Positions 10,507 through 20,878 of a stretch of DNA of 64,000 nucleotides are shown one piece after another; positions within the stretch are counted from its first letter, which is position 1; each line of letters starts with the position of its first letter. The stretch lies in assembly GCA_945831575.1 (NCBI GenBank), contig CAMACX010000006.1, forward strand, positions 3,135-67,134. Direction: 5' to 3'. The notes beneath the pieces are model-generated. The model saw only the letters and a list, made by a program, of their open reading frames with translations. It searched no databases and was not told where the DNA came from. A program made the translations under genes and the position numbers. This stretch comes from an uncultured Mediterranea sp. Lineage in GTDB: Bacteria > Bacteroidota > Bacteroidia > Bacteroidales > Bacteroidaceae.

Positions 10507-12227
10507 ATCTTATTGATCCATTCCTCCACCTCTTTGACAGTGGGGTTGGTGAGTTCAAGCTTATATTTCTTGTTGAGTCCGCAGATGTCCATGTGTACCT
10601 TTTGCGGGTTGACGTCCTTCATGTCGCTGACCAGATTGTAACCTGCCTTCTGTAGCACGGGTACCCAGGTTTCAGGGATGCCCAGCTCCATATAGCGCGA
10701 AGCCGGATCCTTGGGAGGTGCCTGCTCAGGACGCATCTGCGGGAAGAAGAGTACCTCCTGGATGAAGGGCTTGCCGGTCATGAGCATCGTCAGACGGTCA
10801 ATACCGATGCCGATACCCGACGTGGGAGGCATACCGTACTGCAACGCCTTGAGGAAGTCCTGGTCGATGAACATGGCCTCGTCGTCGCCCTTCTCGCTCA
10901 GACGGAGCTGCTCCTTGAAGCGCTCCTCCTGGTCGATGGGGTCGTTGAGCTCGCTGTAGGCATTGGCCAGCTCCTTACCGTTGACCATCAGCTCGAAGCG
11001 CTCGGTCAGGCCGGGCTTGCTGCGGTGGGCCTTGGTCAGCGGACTCATCTCCACGGGGTAGTCGGTGATAAAGGTGGGCTGGATATAGGTGCCCTCGCAG
11101 AACTCGCCGAAAATCTCGTCAATCAGCTTGCCCTTACCCATGGTGTCGTCAATCTCCATCTTCAGCTCCTTGCAAATCTGACGGATCTCCTCCTCGCTCT
11201 TGTCGCTCAGGTCGTAGCCGGTCTTCTCCTGGATGGCCTCCAGGATGGGCAGACGGCGGAAGGGAGCCTTGAAGCTGATGGTCTTGCCGTCAATCTCCAC
11301 ATCGGTAGAGCCGTTGACCTCTAGGGCGATGCGCTCCAGCAGCTTCTCGGTGAAGCTCATCATCCAGTTGTAGTCCTTGTATTGCACGTAGAGCTCCATG
11401 CAGGTAAACTCGGGATTGTGGTTCTTGTCCATACCCTCGTTGCGGAAGTTCTTGCCTATCTCATAGACGCCCTCAAAGCCGCCCACGATGAGCCGCTTCA
11501 GATAGAGCTCGGTGGCAATGCGCAGGTAGAGGTCGATGTCAAGCGAATTGTGGTGGGTGATGAAGGGACGTGCGCTGGCTCCGCCGGGGATGGACTGCAG
11601 GATAGGAGTCTCCACCTCGGTATAACCAGCCTCGTCAAACACGGCACGCATGGTCTTGATGACCTTGGCACGCTTCAGGAAGGTGTCCTTCACACCGTCG
11701 TTGACGATGAGATCGACGTAGCGCTGGCGATAGCGCAGCTCGGGGTCATCAAACTTATCATAGGCCACACCGTCCTTATACTTCACGATAGGCAGCGGAC
11801 GCAAGCTCTTAGCTAGCACGGTGAGCTTCTTGGCGTGGACACTGATCTCGCCCGTCTGGGTGCGGAAGACGAATCCCTCCACACCCACAATGTCGCCCAG
11901 GTCGAGCAGACGCTTGAAGACGGTGGTGTACATCTCCTTGTTCTCATCCGGGCAGATGTCATCACGCGTCACATAGACCTGGACACGGCCTTTGGAGTCT
12001 TGCAGCTCCATGAACGAAGCCTTACCCATCACGCGGCGGCTCATGATACGGCCCGCAATGGACACCTGGCGAGGCTCAGCATCGTCCTTGAATTCTGCTT
12101 TTATATCTGTAGAAAAAGCGTTGGTTACATACTCTGCTGCAGGGTATGGCTCGATACCCATGGCACGCAATTCATTCAGGCTATTCCGCCGAATGATTTC
12201 CTGTTCACTAAGTTCCAGTACGTTCAT
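10503..12227 (-). CDS. lysS: Lysine--tRNA ligase (class II) with a C-terminal extension
   Basis: 574-aa ORF. Class II motifs FRNEG and GIGIGIDRL, with an OB-fold N-terminal region. Confidence 0.95.
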   Translation of the reverse strand: MNVLELSEQEIIRRNSLNELRAMGIEPYPAAEYVTNAFSTDIKAEFKDDAEPRQVSIAGRIMSRRVMGKASFMELQDSKGRVQVYVTRDDICPDENKEMYTTVFKRLLDLGDIVGVEGFVFRTQTGEISVHAKKLTVLAKSLRPLPIVKYKDGVAYDKFDDPELRYRQRYVDLIVNDGVKDTFLKRAKVIKTMRAVFDEAGYTEVETPILQSIPGGASARPFITHHNSLDIDLYLRIATELYLKRLIVGGFEGVYEIGKNFRNEGMDKNHNPEFTCMELYVQYKDYNWMMSFTEKLLERIALEVNGSTDVEIDGKTISFKAPFRRLPILEAIQEKTGYDLSDKSEEEIRQICKELKMEIDDTMGKGKLIDEIFGEFCEGTYIQPTFITDYPVEMSPLTKAHRSKPGLTERFELMVNGKELANAYSELNDPIDQEERFKEQLRLSEKGDDEAMFIDQDFLKALQYGMPPTSGIGIGIDRLTMLMTGKPFIQEVLFFPQMRPEQAPPKDPASRYMELGIPETWVPVLQKAGYNLVSDMKDVNPQKVHMDICGLNKKYKLELTNPTVKEVEEWINKI

Positions 12228-12255
12228 TTCGTTTATTCTGAATCAAATTTGGGTA

Positions 12256-12263
12256 CAAAAGTA
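12256..12263 (-). promoter_or_regulatory. -7 box TActTTTG (minus strand) upstream of lysS
   Basis: The plus strand reads CAAAAGTA, 28 nt upstream of the ATG at 12227. Confidence 0.45.
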
Positions 12264-12420
12264 AGAAAGTTTTTTTAGATTCCCCACTTTTTTTGCTAAA
12301 TAATCTCAAGAGCCCCATCAATACCTATTATTATTAGGACATAAAGAGCAAATAGTGTCCTTTTTTCATTCAAATAAGACCTATAAACGAACATTGGGAG
12401 CACTATTACAAAACAATTTC

Positions 12421-12428
12421 TACCTTTG
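12421..12428 (+). promoter_or_regulatory. -7 box TAccTTTG upstream of the heptamer-array leader of the 12633 gene
   Basis: Exact TAnnTTTG match about 40 nt before the array starts. Confidence 0.4.
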
Positions 12429-12469
12429 CAGCGTTAGAATAGAATAAGACGGCCAAGCAACAAAGAGCC

Positions 12470-12626
12470 CGTAGCTAGTAGCCCGCAACTTGTAGCTTGT
12501 AGCTAGTAGCTCGTAGCTAAAAACAGAGCTCGTAGCTTGTAGCTCGTAACTTGTAGCTCGTAGCTCATAGCTCGTAACTAAAAATAGAGTTTGTAGCTTG
12601 TAACTCGTAACTTGTAACTTGTAACT
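12470..12626 (+). repeat. 19 heptamers of consensus YGTARCT in three blocks (7, 7 and 5 copies), with AAAAAYAGAG(C)T spacers after the first two blocks and GAAAAA before the ATG
   Basis: Counted base by base. Blocks at 12470-12518, 12531-12579 and 12592-12626. The ATG at 12633 follows GAAAAA. Confidence 0.9.
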
Positions 12627-12632
12627 GAAAAA

Positions 12633-13598
12633 ATGAACTGGATGATAAAATGCTTCGGGGTGTTGATGCTGACTGGAGTGAATACCCTGACCTCTGCGCA
12701 AGAGAAATTGGTTCCACTGAAGTATGGTGATATGGAACAATGGGTGGTACGCACCGTACACGAATCGAGTGTCATCGGAGGAGACGACAAGGTCCTCTAT
12801 GAAATTGGGCCCAACCAATCCGTCATCAGCAACGACCCCTACAAAAATCTGGGTCAATCACCCTGGGGTACCTCGAATGTCATGGCCAAGGTGATGGGCA
12901 TCGTCAAGACCAACAATACGGTCTATCGCGACGTGCGCCCTGAGGGTGGCTACTGCGTCCGCATGGAGACCCACATCGAGAAGGTCAAGGTGCTCGGCAT
13001 GATGAACATCAGCGTGCTGGCTGCCGGATCCATCTTCCTGGGCGACATGCAGGAGCCAATCACAGGCACGAAGGAGGGCGTGCAGGCCATGAACTGGGGC
13101 ATACCCTACACAGAGAGACCCTATGCCCTCTGCTACGACTACCGCGTGAAGCGCAGCGGCGAGCCAAGCCGTATCAAGCTGACGGGATTCAGCAAACGGG
13201 GTGTGGTGAGCGGATCAGACAAGGCCATCACCGTCTGCCTGCTGCAGAAGCGCACGGAGGATGCCGAAGGCCATATCACCGCCCTCCGTGTGGGAACGAT
13301 GGTCGTAACCTATGAGCAATCGACCGACGGCTGGGTCAACAAAGCCTCCTACCCTATCCTCTACGGCAACATCACCGGTCGCCCCGACTACAACGATGAA
13401 CTGATGGGCCTTCGCGTCAACGACTATGCACGCAACAGCAAGGGCGAGATGGTGCCCGTCAAGGAGATAGGATGGGCATCTGCCGATGAGACACCTACCC
13501 ACCTGTTGCTGCAATTCTCCTCCAGCCACGGAGGAGCCTACGTGGGTACACCGGGCAATACATTCTGGGTGGACAACGTGGGACTGATCATGAAATGA
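12633..13598 (+). CDS. Secreted PCMD-domain-like protein (putative carbohydrate metabolism domain)
   Basis: 321-aa ORF with a signal peptide ending TSAQE. The overall pattern resembles the Bacteroidota PCMD family. The family call is from memory. Confidence 0.65.
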   Translation: MNWMIKCFGVLMLTGVNTLTSAQEKLVPLKYGDMEQWVVRTVHESSVIGGDDKVLYEIGPNQSVISNDPYKNLGQSPWGTSNVMAKVMGIVKTNNTVYRDVRPEGGYCVRMETHIEKVKVLGMMNISVLAAGSIFLGDMQEPITGTKEGVQAMNWGIPYTERPYALCYDYRVKRSGEPSRIKLTGFSKRGVVSGSDKAITVCLLQKRTEDAEGHITALRVGTMVVTYEQSTDGWVNKASYPILYGNITGRPDYNDELMGLRVNDYARNSKGEMVPVKEIGWASADETPTHLLLQFSSSHGGAYVGTPGNTFWVDNVGLIMK

Positions 13599-13673
13599 CT
13601 TCTGGTCTTGAACGGCATGACGTGAAATGCTTGATGAAAACAGCATGATGACAAATTAAGAAATTGATGTACA

Positions 13674-14861
13674 ATGAGCATGAAAAGATACCGACTACCC
13701 TTACTCCTCACGCTGTGGCTGAGCACTTCCACCCTGCAAGCACAGGAGACGACTTATGATGCCGCTGTAATGCAGCAGACCGCCACTCCTGCCGACAGCG
13801 TCAAACGCAAGGGGTGGTTCAACCGCTTCCTGGATTACTTCAACGACGCCAACAAAGAAAAACCTCAACGTAAGTTTGACTTCAGCATCATCGGTGGTCC
13901 ACACTACAGCACCGACACCAAGCTGGGCATAGGCCTTGTAGCTGCAGGACTCTACCGCACCAATCCGACCGACTCACTCCTGCCCCCATCAAACGTCTCC
14001 CTCTTCGGCGACTTCTCGTCTGTAGGGTTCTACCTGCTCGGCATACGCGGCACACACCTCTTCCCTCAGGACCGTTACCGGCTGGACTATACGCTCTACG
14101 GATTCTACTTTCCCAGTAAGGTGTGGGGCATCGGCTACGATGAGGGCAACCTGGATGCCAACGAGTCGGATCTGAAGCGGTGGCAAGCACGCATCAAGGT
14201 CGATTTCCTAATCCGTGCAGCCAAACACTTCTACGTGGGTCCTTCGGCCTCCTTCGACTACGTACTGGCCAAAGAGGTGGAGCGACCCGAGTTGCTTCAC
14301 GGCATGGACCGGCACACCACCAACATCGGCGTGGGACTGACCATGGTCTATGACTCGCGCGACGTGATGACCAACCCCCACCGCGGCTTCTATGCCTCGC
14401 TGAGCCAGCATTTCCGCCCCGCCTTCCTGGGCAACGACTACGCCTTCAGTACCACCGACTGGCGATTCAATACCTACAACAAGGTGTGGAACGGGGGCTT
14501 GATTGCCACAGACTTCCGCGGCACGCTCAACTTCGGTACCCCCTCATGGGGCATGATGGCCCTGCTGGGCAGCTCAAACACCATGCGCGGCTACTACGAA
14601 GGACGCTACCGCGACAAGCATAAGATGGAGGGAACCATCGAACTGCGTCAACACGTATGGAAGCGCAACGGCATCGTGGTGTGGGCCGGAGCGGGTACCG
14701 TATTCCCCAAATTCTCTGCGCTCCGCTTCGACAAACTATTGCCCAACTATGGTTTCGGCTACCGATGGGAGTTCAAGAAAGATGTCAACGTGCGTCTGGA
14801 CTATGGCTTCGGCAAGAATGGCCAATCGGGATTCCTGTTCAACATCAACGAAGCCTTCTGA
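13674..14861 (+). CDS. Omp85/BamA-TamA family outer-membrane beta-barrel protein
   Basis: 395-aa ORF with a signal peptide (LQAQE). Alternating beta-strand pattern with an aromatic C-terminus (NINEAF). Confidence 0.7.
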   Translation: MSMKRYRLPLLLTLWLSTSTLQAQETTYDAAVMQQTATPADSVKRKGWFNRFLDYFNDANKEKPQRKFDFSIIGGPHYSTDTKLGIGLVAAGLYRTNPTDSLLPPSNVSLFGDFSSVGFYLLGIRGTHLFPQDRYRLDYTLYGFYFPSKVWGIGYDEGNLDANESDLKRWQARIKVDFLIRAAKHFYVGPSASFDYVLAKEVERPELLHGMDRHTTNIGVGLTMVYDSRDVMTNPHRGFYASLSQHFRPAFLGNDYAFSTTDWRFNTYNKVWNGGLIATDFRGTLNFGTPSWGMMALLGSSNTMRGYYEGRYRDKHKMEGTIELRQHVWKRNGIVVWAGAGTVFPKFSALRFDKLLPNYGFGYRWEFKKDVNVRLDYGFGKNGQSGFLFNINEAF

Positions 14862-14903
14862 CATACATCTCCTGAATCCATCACTCTATAGAAAATCTTA
14901 AAC

Positions 14904-16613
14904 ATGAATTATAATCATCCGCTCTATCGCTTCTTGGCGAACTGCTGCCGCCCCAGATTCCTCTATTTCTACTACCTCATCGCCTTGATACTGCCCAACG
15001 TAGGCCTCTCGATTACCGAACCCATGGGCATCATGGCCCGCATCACGAACCTGTTGTTGCCAGCCGGTCTCTATGCCCTGCTGCTCACCTGCAACCGTAA
15101 GCCGGGGAAGATGATCTGGATTCTATTTCCCCTCGTCTTCCTGGCAGCCTTCCAGCTGGTGCTACTCTATCTGTTTGGACAATCGGTCATCGCGGTGGAT
15201 ATGTTTCTCAACGTAGTCACCACCAATCCGGGTGAGGCCATCGAGCTGCTCGACAACCTTATCCCTGGGGTGGCCGGTGTCTTTATCGTCTATCTCCCTG
15301 CGCTGATTCTCGGCCTCTGCTCGCTGCGCATGGGGCAGCTGCTGGAGCGGCCCTGGATTACCCGTGCCCGACGCTGGTCAGCGGGCCTACTCGGTGCAGG
15401 GACAGTTTGCCTGGGTCTCACCTACTTGGCCGAGCCGAATTACACCGCACACAAAGAGCTCTACCCGCTCAACGCCAGCTACAACCTCTACCTGGCCATC
15501 GAACGGACCAACAAGCAAGTCCACTATGCCGAGACTTCGCGCCACTTCCGCTTCAAGGCCACCTCGACCCATAGCTCACCCCAAGAGACCTACGTGCTTG
15601 TGATCGGCGAGACGGCCCGTGCCTGCAACTTCAGCCTCTACGGCTACGACCGCGACACCAATCCACAGCTAGCCTCCATCGATGGACTCTTCACCTTCCG
15701 CGATGCGCTGACGCAATCCAATACCACCCACAAGAGCGTGCCTATGTTGCTTTCAGCTGCATCGGCTGAGGACTTTGACCGCATCTACCGGGAGAAGAGT
15801 CTGATTACGGCCTTCCGCGAAGCGGGATTCCACACCCTCTTCCTCTCCAACCAACGGCCCAACCACTCGTTTATCGACTTCTTTGGCATGGAGGCTGATG
15901 AGTACCACTTCCTGCAGGAGGAGCAACCCGGCGAAGAGATTCCATCGGATGCTGACCTGCTCCAGGGGGTGAAGCAAGCATTGACGCAGCATGAAGACAA
16001 ACTGCTCATCGTACTCCACGCCTACGGTTCGCACTTCAACTACCGCGAGCGCTACCCGCGCTCGATGGCACACTTCACGCCCGATGACCAGACCGATGCC
16101 AAGTACAAGAACCGCGCCTCGCTCGTCAACGCCTACGACAACTCTCTCCGCTTCACCGATGCCATCCTGGGAGAGCTCACCACGCTGCTCACCACTCACG
16201 GCGGTATCGCAGCCTGGATCTACACCTCCGACCACGGGGAAGACCTCTTCGATGACAGCCGGCGCTGCTTTCTCCACGCCTCGCCCGTACCCACCTACTA
16301 CCAGATTCATGTGCCGCTCTGGATCTGGCTCTCAGCTGACTATCGCACGCATTATGCCGCAGAGGCCGAAGCCCTGGAAGCCCATACCGACCAACCGGTG
16401 TCCACCAGCCTTTCGCTGTTTCACACCCTGCTGCAGCTCGGCGGACTCTCCACACCGGTGCTTGCAGACAGCCTCTCGCTCTGCTCTCCCAGTTACCATC
16501 CTGTACCGCGTTGCTACCTCGACGACCACAACCGCCCCGTGCCGTTGCATGAGCTAGGCCTGACCGAAGAAGACATCAAGCAATTTCATCGCCACAGGGT
16601 AGCATACGAATAA
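14904..16613 (+). CDS. Phosphoethanolamine transferase (EptA/sulfatase superfamily)
   Basis: 569-aa ORF. Five N-terminal TM helices, then a sulfatase-like domain (VLVIGETARA, HAYGSHFNY). Confidence 0.8.
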   Translation: MNYNHPLYRFLANCCRPRFLYFYYLIALILPNVGLSITEPMGIMARITNLLLPAGLYALLLTCNRKPGKMIWILFPLVFLAAFQLVLLYLFGQSVIAVDMFLNVVTTNPGEAIELLDNLIPGVAGVFIVYLPALILGLCSLRMGQLLERPWITRARRWSAGLLGAGTVCLGLTYLAEPNYTAHKELYPLNASYNLYLAIERTNKQVHYAETSRHFRFKATSTHSSPQETYVLVIGETARACNFSLYGYDRDTNPQLASIDGLFTFRDALTQSNTTHKSVPMLLSAASAEDFDRIYREKSLITAFREAGFHTLFLSNQRPNHSFIDFFGMEADEYHFLQEEQPGEEIPSDADLLQGVKQALTQHEDKLLIVLHAYGSHFNYRERYPRSMAHFTPDDQTDAKYKNRASLVNAYDNSLRFTDAILGELTTLLTTHGGIAAWIYTSDHGEDLFDDSRRCFLHASPVPTYYQIHVPLWIWLSADYRTHYAAEAEALEAHTDQPVSTSLSLFHTLLQLGGLSTPVLADSLSLCSPSYHPVPRCYLDDHNRPVPLHELGLTEEDIKQFHRHRVAYE

Positions 16614-16759
16614 AGTGCCCTCTATTAATGAATAGGGCCAGCTCTCTGCAAAAGAAAAGAGGTAGCTCCGTTTCACAACGCAACTACCCCTGCAAACTTA
16701 AAACAACCAACAAAAGAAATAGATTATTCTTATATATAAATGATAGTCAATCAATTATA

Positions 16760-18949
16760 TTATCTAACAAACAGCAATTCGCGATATTTCGGCAAGGTCC
16801 ACATCTGGTTGTCCACAATCAGCTCGAGCTTGTCGATGTGGTAGCGAATCTCCTCCATAGCGGGCACGATGGTGTCGTGGTAGGCAATGGCCTTCTCACG
16901 CTCGGACTCAATCTTGTTGGCCACCTTACGCGCCTCAATCATGGCATCGACATGCTCCTTGATGAAGGCGGTGCGGTCAGCAATCTCCTCAATCAGCTCC
17001 AGGTTCTTGGCCGAGAGCTTGGCGGCCTTCTCTGCCGGGAAGAGCTCCTTCATCTTATAGACGTTGTCTATCAGTTCCGTCTGGTACTGCGTAGCCACGG
17101 GGATGATGTGGTTCATGGCCAGGTCACCCAGCACACGGGCCTCAATCTGAATCTTCTTGGTGTACATCTCCCACTTCACCTCGTTGCGGGCCTCCAGCTC
17201 CTTATGGGTCATCACACCAGTCTTCTCAAACATGGCGATGCTGTCGGCCTTGAGGTAGTTGTCGAAGATGACGGGTACGCTCGTCTCACAGTCCAGTCCG
17301 CGGCGAGCTGCCTCAGCCTTCCACTCGTCGCTGTAACCGTTGCCATCGAAGTGGATGGGCTTGCAGATCTTGATGTACTTGCGGATGACATCAAGCAGGG
17401 CGGTAATCTTGGGTTCACCCTTCTCAATCAAGGCATCCACCTCCTGCTTAAACTCAACCAGTTGCTCCGCCAAGGCAGCGTTAAGGGCAATCATGGCGCT
17501 GGCACAGTTGGCCTCGCTACCCACGGCACGGAACTCAAAGCGGTTGCCCGTGAAGGCGAAGGGGCTGGTGCGGTTGCGGTCGGTATTGTCAATCATCAGT
17601 TCGGGAATCTGGGGAATGTCGAGCTTCATGCCCTGCTTGCCGCTGAGGGCAATCAGTTCGTCCGTGGTATTCTCCTCGATATGACTGAGCACCTGACTGA
17701 GCTGCTTGCCCAGGAACGAAGAGATGATGGCAGGGGGTGCCTCGTTGGCTCCCAGACGGTGGGCATTGGTCGCGCTGGAGATAGAGGCCTTCAGCAGACC
17801 GTTGTGGCGATAGACAGCCATCAAGGTGTTGACCACGAAGGTGATGAAGCGGAGGTTCTCCTCGGGTGTCTTACCCGGAGCATGGAGCAGTACACCGGTG
17901 TCAGTACCCAGCGACCAGTTGTTGTGCTTACCGCTACCATTCACGCCCTTGAAGGGCTTCTCATGGAGCAGCACGCGGAAACCGTGGTTGCGGGCCACTT
18001 TACGCATCAAGGCCATAATCAGCATGTTGTGATCGACAGCCAGGTTACACTCCTCAAAAATGGGAGCCAGCTCAAACTGGTTGGGAGCCACCTCATTGTG
18101 ACGCGTCTTGACAGGGATTCCCAGCTTGAGCGCCTCGATCTCCAGGTCCTTCATGAAGGCAGCCACACGGGGAGGAATGGCACCGAAGTAGTGGTCTTCC
18201 AGCTGCTGGTTCTTGGCTGAATCATGACCCGTAAGGGTACGCCCCGTCAACAGCAAGTCAGGACGGGCAGCGTAGAGGCCCTCATCCACCAGGAAGTACT
18301 CCTGCTCCCAACCCAGGTAGGCAAAGACCTTCTTCACCTCCGGGTCGAAGTAGTGGCAGACATCCACGGCAGCCTTATCCACGGCACGCAGCGCCTTGAG
18401 CAACGGAGCCTTGTAGTCGAGCGATTCACCGGTATAGGCCACAAAGATGGTGGGGATGCAGAGCGTGTCATCCACGATGAATGCAGGTGACGAAGGATCC
18501 CAGGCCGAGTAGCCACGCGCCTCGAAGGTGTTGCGAATACCGCCGTTGGGGAAACTGGAAGCATCGGGTTCCTGTTGCACGAGCAGCTTGCCGGTAAACT
18601 CTTCCATCATGCCACCCTTGCCATCGTGCTCCACGAAGGCATCATGCTTCTCGGCCGTACCTTCGGTCAAGGGATGGAACCAGTGTGTATAGTGGGTAGC
18701 GCCCATTTCGGTAGCCCATTTCTTCATGCCTGCAGCCACCTCATCGGCTATGCTGCGGTCAAGTGGTGCGCCGTTGTCAATCACGTCAATCAACTTGGCA
18801 TATACCTTGCTGGGCAGGTAGCGGAACATTTTCTCCTTGTTGAATACATACTTGGCAAAGTATTCCGAAGGACGCTCCTTCGGCACTTGCACCTCCACGG
18901 CGCGCTTCTTGAACGCCGTTTCTACAACTCTGAATCTTAGTTTAGACAT
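16760..18949 (-). CDS. Glutamine synthetase type III
   Basis: 729-aa ORF. Size and blocks are typical of GSIII (HNEVAPNQFE, NGSGKHNNWS). Confidence 0.9.
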   Translation of the reverse strand: MSKLRFRVVETAFKKRAVEVQVPKERPSEYFAKYVFNKEKMFRYLPSKVYAKLIDVIDNGAPLDRSIADEVAAGMKKWATEMGATHYTHWFHPLTEGTAEKHDAFVEHDGKGGMMEEFTGKLLVQQEPDASSFPNGGIRNTFEARGYSAWDPSSPAFIVDDTLCIPTIFVAYTGESLDYKAPLLKALRAVDKAAVDVCHYFDPEVKKVFAYLGWEQEYFLVDEGLYAARPDLLLTGRTLTGHDSAKNQQLEDHYFGAIPPRVAAFMKDLEIEALKLGIPVKTRHNEVAPNQFELAPIFEECNLAVDHNMLIMALMRKVARNHGFRVLLHEKPFKGVNGSGKHNNWSLGTDTGVLLHAPGKTPEENLRFITFVVNTLMAVYRHNGLLKASISSATNAHRLGANEAPPAIISSFLGKQLSQVLSHIEENTTDELIALSGKQGMKLDIPQIPELMIDNTDRNRTSPFAFTGNRFEFRAVGSEANCASAMIALNAALAEQLVEFKQEVDALIEKGEPKITALLDVIRKYIKICKPIHFDGNGYSDEWKAEAARRGLDCETSVPVIFDNYLKADSIAMFEKTGVMTHKELEARNEVKWEMYTKKIQIEARVLGDLAMNHIIPVATQYQTELIDNVYKMKELFPAEKAAKLSAKNLELIEEIADRTAFIKEHVDAMIEARKVANKIESEREKAIAYHDTIVPAMEEIRYHIDKLELIVDNQMWTLPKYRELLFVR

Positions 18950-19021
18950 AATGTTATGAGTTTATGAGTTTGTTGATATAAGTTATTAAGTTTGTGATTA
19001 TATCATCTGGTGAGATAACCA

Positions 19022-20428
19022 TTAGTTATTATAGGCACTCTCTCCATGCTCGTAGATGTCGAGTCCCTCTTCCTCGATGCGGCGAGGTACACGCAATCCA
19101 TGAAGCTTATCCAGCACCTTGAAGATCACGAAGCCCATTGCAGCAGCCCAGAGACCTACGATCACGGCTCCAAAGAGCTGAGCGCCCAGGAATCCCCAGC
19201 CGGCTCCGTAGAAGAGTCCTTCGCTCGTGGAGAAGAGGCCGGTGAGCACCGTGCCCGTGAAGCCACATACACCATGTACAGAGCTGGCTCCTACAGGGTC
19301 ATCAATCTTGAGCACCTTATCAATAAAGTCAACGGCAAAGATCATCAGCACGCCGCAGATAGCACCAATCAGTACCGATCCAGCAGCCGACACGCAGTCG
19401 CAACCGGCAGTTATGCCGACCAGTCCGGCCAGGATGCCGTTGAGGGTGAGTGAGAGCGAAGGTTTGCCATACTTCAGCCAGCTGACGGCCAGGGCAAAGA
19501 ATCCACCGGCACAGGCAGCCAGGTTGGTGGTAAGGAAGACGTGCGAAATGGCAATCTGGTCATCGGTGGTGGCAGCAGCGAGCTGCGAACCGGGGTTGAA
19601 GCCAAACCAGCCAAACCAGAGGATGAATACACCCAAGGCGGCGATGGTCAGGTTGTGACCCGGAATGGCGCGTGACTTGCCATCCTTACCATACTTGCCG
19701 ATACGGGGGCCAAGAATGGTGGCACCCACCAGGGCAATCCATCCACCGACGCTATGTACGATGGTCGAGCCGGCAAAGTCATGGAATGTCGCGCCAAAGG
19801 TGTCCATCATGAAGGAACCCTCATCGCCGTTCATCAGCCAGCCTCCGCCCCAGGTCCAATGACCCGAAATAGGATAGATCAGCACGCTGATAAAGAGCGT
19901 ATAGACGAGGTACATGGAGAACTTGGTACGTTCGGCCATGGCACCCGATACGATGGTGGCTGCCGTAGCACAGAAGACGGTCTGGAAAATCAGGAATCCC
20001 TCGTTGGGCAGGGCACCGCTGTCGTAGAAACTGCTATCGAAGAAGTGAGGCATCCCGACGAAGTCGCCTGCGCCAAACATCAGTCCGAAGCCAATAATCC
20101 AGAAGAGCAACGAGCCAAACATGAAATCGACAAAGTTCTTCATCAGGATATTGGCCGTATTCTTGGTGCGGGTAAATCCTGCCTCGACCAGGGCAAATCC
20201 CGGCTGCATAAAGAAGACGAGCATGGCTGCCAGAAGCATCCATACGGTATTGATACCATTGGCCTGTTCGGCAATTGCATCGGTAGTCTCTGCAGCCACC
20301 TCCGCTACAGGTGCTGCTGTCACCACAGGTTCTTGTGCATAGAGGTCGGTGACCAGACAGAGTGCCATCAGGATAGCGCCGGCTACCCAGAGTTTGGCTA
20401 TCGCGTATTTCTTTTCTTTGTTCATCAT
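19022..20428 (-). CDS. amt: Ammonium transporter (Amt family)
   Basis: The ORF-track frame extends to 20599 but overlaps the P-II gene. The likely start is MMNKEKKY at 20428. Amt blocks present: FALVEAGFTR, DFAGSTIVH and GVHGVCG. Confidence 0.9.
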   Translation of the reverse strand: MMNKEKKYAIAKLWVAGAILMALCLVTDLYAQEPVVTAAPVAEVAAETTDAIAEQANGINTVWMLLAAMLVFFMQPGFALVEAGFTRTKNTANILMKNFVDFMFGSLLFWIIGFGLMFGAGDFVGMPHFFDSSFYDSGALPNEGFLIFQTVFCATAATIVSGAMAERTKFSMYLVYTLFISVLIYPISGHWTWGGGWLMNGDEGSFMMDTFGATFHDFAGSTIVHSVGGWIALVGATILGPRIGKYGKDGKSRAIPGHNLTIAALGVFILWFGWFGFNPGSQLAAATTDDQIAISHVFLTTNLAACAGGFFALAVSWLKYGKPSLSLTLNGILAGLVGITAGCDCVSAAGSVLIGAICGVLMIFAVDFIDKVLKIDDPVGASSVHGVCGFTGTVLTGLFSTSEGLFYGAGWGFLGAQLFGAVIVGLWAAAMGFVIFKVLDKLHGLRVPRRIEEEGLDIYEHGESAYNN

Positions 20429-20495
20429 TTTTGTGTATTTGTTTACGTTGTACGTTTCGATGTACGGTTTTTTGTGGTTCATGTGCTGCGCGCGT

Positions 20496-20852
20496 TTACT
20501 TTTCCTGTTCGGCATTGTAGAGAGCGATGTCTCCCCGTTCGCCCGTGCGGATGCGAATGGCATCCTCCAAGGGGATGATGAAGATACGTCCATCGCCAAT
20601 CTCTCCCGTCTGGGCGGCCTTCAGGATGGCCTGTACGGTCTTTTCAGCGTTCTTATCTCGTACAACGATGGAGATGAGTATGCGCTCTATGGAGCTGGTG
20701 TCGTACATCACGCCGCGATAAATGCGTGCTTGTCTGGATTTACCGATACCTCTCACTTCGTAGTAAGAGAACCATTCGATGTCTGCTTCGAGCAGCGCAT
20801 CCTTGACCTCTTCAAACTTGGTCTTGCGGATAATGGCTTCAATCTTTTTCAT
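20496..20852 (-). CDS. P-II family nitrogen regulatory protein
   Basis: 118-aa ORF. MKKIEAIIR...EVRG.G T-loop region and DGRIFI C-terminal block. Confidence 0.9.
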   Translation of the reverse strand: MKKIEAIIRKTKFEEVKDALLEADIEWFSYYEVRGIGKSRQARIYRGVMYDTSSIERILISIVVRDKNAEKTVQAILKAAQTGEIGDGRIFIIPLEDAIRIRTGERGDIALYNAEQEK

Positions 20853-20878
20853 ACCTTAATCTATTAAATTAGTCCTTT

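Noticed and set aside
12420-12857. A 145-aa minus-strand ORF (and 12578..12790) reads through the heptamer array (…SYKLQVTSYKLQ…).
   Set aside because: It is an artefact of a 7-nt repeat being open in one frame. It runs antisense into the start of the PCMD-like gene and has no start context.
16628-18220. Very long antisense ORFs lie opposite genuine genes. They are 16628..18220 (530 aa), 26743..28395 (550 aa), 29906..31417 (503 aa), 6814..8010 (398 aa), 21863..23041 (392 aa), 39987..41015 (342 aa) and 43681..44715 (344 aa).
   Set aside because: Each is the mirror frame of a gene with clear family motifs (GSIII, C69 dipeptidase, UmuC and others). Their translations are low-complexity and rich in L/V/G/A/H/D/E with no recognisable motifs. 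High-GC third-position bias routinely keeps the antisense frame open.
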